Source: Eledone cirrhosa (taxonomy: Eukaryota). From it: DNA of 64,000 nt. Position numbers and translations under genes: made by a program. Shown piece after piece: positions 58,712 to 64,000 of this stretch. The notes below the pieces were generated by a model that was given only the letters and a program-made list of their open reading frames with translations, had not been told where the DNA came from and made no database searches. The DNA is taken from contig OZ024742.1 of the NCBI GenBank assembly GCA_964016885.1, positions 249,302,001 to 249,366,000 on the forward strand, read 5' to 3'. Positions within the stretch are counted from its first letter, which is position 1. The number at the start of each line of letters is the position of its first letter.

Positions 58712-59125
58712 ATACGAGACCAGAGTCAGTCAGTATAGACAGAGCCGCATGTTTGACAACAACCAGAAGATGTTGTTTGGACAGCTTGAAGGGAAAGAAA
58801 TAGGCAACGACTTGATCCCTGAGGCGGAACAGATTAATACATTCTGGAGAGGAATAGGGAAGCAGGATGTTCAACATAATGATCAGGCAGTGTGGATTGA
58901 GACAGTACAAAAGGAGATTAGTGAACAGGCACACCAACAAACTGATTTGAGTATCGCAGTTGAAACTCTTAAGGGGCAGGGCAGAAAACTAACCAACTGG
59001 AAATCACCAGGTCCAGATGGCGTGCAGGGTATTGGATGAAAAATATAACATCCCTCCACCCGAAACTGACAACCATCTTCAATGACTGCTTGATGTCATG
59101 TGAGGTACCAGAGTGGTTGACAAAA
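58712..59125 (+). mobile_element. Second R4/Dong fragment (region N-terminal to RT)
   Basis: QYRQSRMFDNNQK..FWRGI..HN..A.WI..NWKSPGPDGVQG..SLH..VPEWLT. Confidence 0.85.
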
Positions 59126-59127
59126 TT

Positions 59128-59243
59128 TTGTGACTTTATAAATAGTTAACAACAAAAGTATTCCATAAATGGCAATTTTAAACAAACGAAAACAACAAAC
59201 TTTTGCGGAGCTCACGATGATACGATTTCCTACGTAGGTCGCC
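59128..59243 (-). mobile_element. Isolated 5' end (~115 bp) of a third Tx1 copy
   Basis: Near identical to 56178-56285. Confidence 0.9.
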
Positions 59244-59261
59244 AATAATAATAATAATAAT

Positions 59262-62200
59262 GTTTTCTTTATTAACCACAAGGGTTCACATAAAGTAGAC
59301 ATTAAGGACAGTACAGGACGATACAGGACAGTACAAATGGGCATTTCTGCGTGTAAAAAAACAGAGGTTGAAATAAAATAACAAAGAAAAATTCCCCAAT
59401 AGGGGGGAGACTTCCAAGGGACATTTGTGGAGAAAGCCCATTAAAAGACCACAGTGGCCCTGACCACCAGGGCAAGCGCCCTCTCCCAGTTTTCCACCTT
59501 TAATTTACAGACACATACTCAGAGAAGGCCCATTCATTCGGGCCATACTTGCTTCTCTCACCCATCTTTCAACAAAATGCTGGGAAGAGAGCACTTCCCT
59601 CTCTACCCTGATTTTCCTTTTCAAATGAAATTTGAAAAAGTTAATCAGGGCATCACCGAAGAGGTAAGTGCTCGTCTTCAGCCCTTTCAAACGTGTCCAC
59701 CATACTATCTCTTTCGCCATGGCCACCAGACAGATAAAAACTGCCTGCCCTTCCAGGCTAAAGGAAGGGGGCGGGGCAATCCTGACGATGGACTCAGCTG
59801 ATAGCTGGATCCGTCCTACACGTGACAGCAGGTGTTCGACATAAACCCACAAGTCAGCAATGCTCGGACACTGGACGAGTGCGTGCAGGACGGTTTCGTC
59901 GCCCTGCGCGCATCTCGGACATGCCCGGCTGACGGCACCTCCATGCCTGTAGAGTTTATCCCGAACTGGCAAAGCTCCTCGGTAGCACTGCCAGGCCAGG
60001 GATTTCTGGAAGTTGTCCATAGGCCCCGGCCCGAAAGTCCTTCCGAAGAGATTGGCTAGTTGATTTTCGTCGACGCCTAGAGTTTCTCCAAGTACGTCGT
60101 CGCTCTTCCCCTCCACTAATCCCCTATAGAACGCCAAGGTGGAGTTTCCACCGATCACATTGCCCGATTGGTAGAGGGCTCTGAGCGCCTGAAGACATTC
60201 CAGTCACCAAGCGCTCCCTCTCGGTCTTCGCTTGACCCAGGACTGCAGCTCCGTCAAGGAGACGAGCTGGGGAAAAACGTGTCTTGCAAACGGCGACCAC
60301 ACCTGATCACCGTCGAGGAAGAGGTGGAGCTGTCGTAGCCTGAGCGCGTGTCTGCGCATCATCAGCCACGGCATGCCCAGCCCTCCACGTAGCGGGTGTT
60401 GACAGCAGATGGACCGCCTGACCATCGGAGCGCGTCCCTTCCATAAGAAGCGAAAGAGCAAACGCTCCAGCGCAGTCAGGCGGGGCTTAGGACAAGGTAC
60501 GACGGTCAGGCGGTAGTAGATGACGGATGCGATGTACGCATTCGCCACCTCCGCTCGACCTTTCATGGATAGCTTCCTCTCGGCCCATTTCTGGGTGAGA
60601 GAAGCCACCCTGCTCGTCACCTCGTCCCAGTTTTTGTCCGTCTGGAGGTCTGGACCGAACCAGACCCCTAGCAATTTAACCGGTCCGTCCGTCCAGCGCC
60701 CGACGACGCTGTTGGACGGCATGGACCTGCCTCTCCAGGTGCCGAGCTGCAGGCCCACTGACTTTTCCTGGTTGATCATTGCTCCTGTCACCGCTTCGTA
60801 TTCTCTTAGTGTAGTGCCGATCGCCTCGATGTGTTTGGCGTTCGACACCACTACGGTGACATCGTCGGCATATGCTGACACGGATCTTCCCCATCCTAGT
60901 TCGCGCGGGACCCCCCTCAACGTCTCCAGTTTGTGCAGTAATGGCTCGAGAGTCAATACGTACAATAGGGACGAGAGGGGACATCCTTGGTGGACCGAGC
61001 GCATGATGTTGAACGGTTCCGAAAGGTGACCGTTCACTCTCACTACAGAGCAGATGTCGCTGTGCATGGCAGCGATCCAGCCTCTGAAGACGGGCCCAAA
61101 GCCAGCCGCCCTCAGGACTGCCGCTAGGTAACGATGGTCGACCCTATCGAAGGCTTTCGACTGATCTAAATTGATCAAAGACCCACCCGTGCCAGGTTCC
61201 TTAGCTACCCTCTCTACGATGTATCGCATGAGGTGGAGGTTGTCGTGGATGGATCTGTCGGGAATGGCGCATGTCTGTGCCTCTCCCACCAGACCACCAA
61301 CGACAAGCGCCAACCTCTTTGCTAGCACCTTGGCCAAAATCTTGAACTCTGTGTTTAGCAGAGTTATGGGCCTAAAATTATCTATGTTATCCCCCTTGTT
61401 CGGATCCTTTCTCAGCAGCGCCACCGCTCCTCGGCTCACAGAGCTGGGAATTCTCCCGTTCTGTTGCCAGTTGCAGTAGACGTCCGCCAAGAGGCCTCCG
61501 AACAAGTTTGGCATTTGTACGTAAAGTTCATAGGGCAGACCATCCAAACCAGGCGATTTACCCCTTGTGCAACTAGTCATTGCATCCCGTACTTCAGCGG
61601 TTGTTATCGGCTTTTCGCAACACTCCGCCTCAGTGGCCGAAAGCCGCGGCAGTCCTTCGAGGTAGACACTAAAGTCCATCCCTCGATCCGGCCCGCCACT
61701 GCCCCCGAACAGTTGAGCGATGTGTCGCTGAAAAGCTTCACACATTTGCCGGGATCGAGTAGCATGCGCCCGTCGTGGTCCACCAAAGACCGGATCGTGG
61801 CTTTGTTGCCACGACGCGCCTCCGCCACTCGGGCTCATTGAACGGCTTTTGTCCCCTCGTGTCTGAGATCACGCACCCTAGCTCTGACAACGCAGCCTTC
61901 GTGCTTTGCATTGAAGAATTGGTCAAGGGCCAATTTCGCCGCAAGTACGTCGGTCGCGATGCCTTTGCTAAGCGCTTCATCTAATTTTCTAACTAATTCT
62001 CCCTCTGCTCTATTTTTCTCTATTGCTAAAGTCTTACTAAACCTAATGGACTCTATTCTAATTGCTCTTTTCAGCGCAAACCACCACTTGTTGTTGACGA
62101 TGGCCCCCGTCAACGCCCGCTTAACTAGTTCGCTAATCCGGTCTCTGTAGGCCTTGCGCGCTGGTAAGGACGCGTTTAGCTTCCAGTAGCCGGGTCCTTG

Positions 62201-64000
62201 TCTATGAAGCCTATCTAAGTCAAGCACACAGATCACGAATTTGTGGTCCGTGTAGCTGATTATCTTGAATTGTGGACAGCCTATGCTAGACCTATCTATT
62301 TCCCTACAAAATACTCTATCTAGATATGATCTGGATGACCCTATGCGATTTGTCCAAGTCCACATTGGTACATTCGGGAAATCCATTCGGTACCTGTCAG
62401 ACAGTTCAAAACGTCTGAGCAGGTTGGTGAGACTCTTGCACCCTCCTCCCTATCCACTAATCCCACACAATCCCAGCGTGCATCTAAGATCCCGTTCCAG
62501 TCGCCCACTAACACTAAAGAGCGGGACGTTCCAAGAAAGGTCTCCAGACGCCGGAAGAAATCAGGCCGCCCTGCTCCTGTCGGGGCATAGACGGCCACTA
62601 ACCTGAAAGCTTGCCCGTCTCCGCTGGTCACGTCCAGCACCACCAACTTACCTTCTGGGTCCAGGAAGATGGCCCGTATGGCAAGATCCAAACCTCTCCG
62701 AAAAAGCACAGCAACTCCTCCCCCCGATCCCGGACGGCTGGGAGATGCGTACACATCGTAGTCGCCGAAGATCGGTGCGAAAGCCTGTGCTTCGGAGATT
62801 CTGGTCTCGCTGATGGCCACTACATCTATGTTTAGTGACCTGAGGTCGTTGAGCAGGTGGCCCTGCTTCCATGACGACCCCAAGCCACGCGCATTTATGC
62901 TGCCTATTCTGAGTGAGGTCATGTTGAAAAGGAGTGGAAAAGATGGGAAAGACCACTTTCCTTACTTCTCGTAGGGGAAGGACGGTTTTTCCATCCTTTT
63001 CACTTCTTGTGGCCTCCTCAGGAAGGATGTCCTTATAAATCCTCCTGGAGAGTGCTTGTCGGAAGTCTCCGATGTCTTTGGGGAATTTTTGTTTTAGTGT
63101 CATGTACGTTTTCTGTGTGATGCGAGTGATTCGTATGTGTGGAGGTGGTGTGAATTTTGGGGTTGTTGTGTAGTCTATTTCTGTGATGCTGGTGTTGTGT
63201 TGGATGTAGTGCAATAATTGCTTGTTGTTCAAATTTAATGCTGTGTAGTGTGTATCGTTTTGGTTGTTTTGTTTTGTTTGCGTTTGTTGTGTGTTTGTTT
63301 CTGTTTCGCATTTTGGTGACTTTTGTGGTGTAGGTGATGGTGGTGTTGGAGTTAATGATGGTGATGGTGTTGGTGTTTGGGTTGATGGGGTTGGTGATGC
63401 TGGTGTGGATGGTGGCATATCTGTCCTAACTTTTTTGTTTCTTAGTTTATTTGTTTCCCTCTGTATTTTGTTTTTGGAGGGGGAAGGAAGAGAATTTTTT
63501 TTTTTTTGGTTTCTTTTTTTTTTTCCGGATATCGTTTCCCACTCCTCGTCGTCACAATCTGTCTCCAGTTGTGATAGGCCGAGGAGTGGAAAATCCTCCA
63601 CAGCCGTTAGTTTTGGTTGTGGTGTGGTGGATGGTGTAGGCGCTGGTGCTAGTTCTGAAGCGTTGGGTGGTGGTGGTGTTGGTTTTGCTGGTGGTGGTAG
63701 TGGTGTTGGTTTTGCTACTGTTGCTGGGGTTGTTGCTGTTATAGTTGCTTCTGTTGTTGCTGCTACAGTTGTTGCTGCCATCTCTGCTACTGGTGGTGTT
63801 GCTGGTTGTGTCACTGGAGTGGGTAGGAGAGGTGGCCTCAACCTTTTAGCCTGAGGGCAGAAAGCCCTTAGGTGGGTTCCTTCACCACAAACGACACACC
63901 TAGGTCTTCTGCCCTCGACAATTACCGTGAGGTGGCTGCCGTCAGTGAGGTTTATTACCTCTGGGATCTCCTCAATGCTTTTTTGGTCCGCTTGGATCAG
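59262..64000 (-). mobile_element. Second Tx1 LINE copy (continues beyond the window), 3' end in (TAA)n
   Basis: Highly similar to 50378-55120; ORF1 C-terminal half plus ORF2. Confidence 0.95.
59505..62922 (-). pseudogene. Tx1 ORF2 of copy 2, disrupted
   Basis: Pieces 62341-62922, 61835-62386, 60204-61838 and 59505-60158 carry APE, RT and zinc-finger motifs. Confidence 0.95.

Noticed and set aside
50577-63854. Plus-strand ORFs overlapping the Tx1 copies
   Set aside because: Antisense shadows of GC-rich LINE coding sequence

Overview
This is an AT-rich eukaryotic repeat landscape, most likely from an octopod cephalopod (inferred from the SINE, RTE and Tx1 content and the extreme (TA)n/(CA)n/(GA)n microsatellite load). 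No intact protein gene is visible. There is one convincing minus-strand host exon (37871-38044) and a few weaker exon candidates. Recognisable transposable elements are: an internally deleted mariner, several RTE LINEs (one near full length), two Tx1/L1-clade LINE copies, R4/Dong and CRE fragments, two Penelope-like elements (PLEs) with GIY-YIG remnants, Helitron ends and about 10 tRNA-derived SINEs. The most notable signal is invisible in the ORF track: roughly 20 complete, degenerate or half minimal hammerhead-ribozyme (HHR) motifs inside short non-coding fold-back or tandem elements that sit in microsatellites. These include an ORF-less 593-nt direct-repeat (retrozyme-like) unit, a 342-nt tandem unit, a compensatory U3-A8 core variant (UUGAUAA) in three families and a U4C variant (CCGAAGA). 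A second notable feature is a (TAA)n-targeted Tx1/Dong/SINE cluster with an apparently shared SINE-Tx1 3' tail. All structures were read by eye and coordinates may be off by a few bases.
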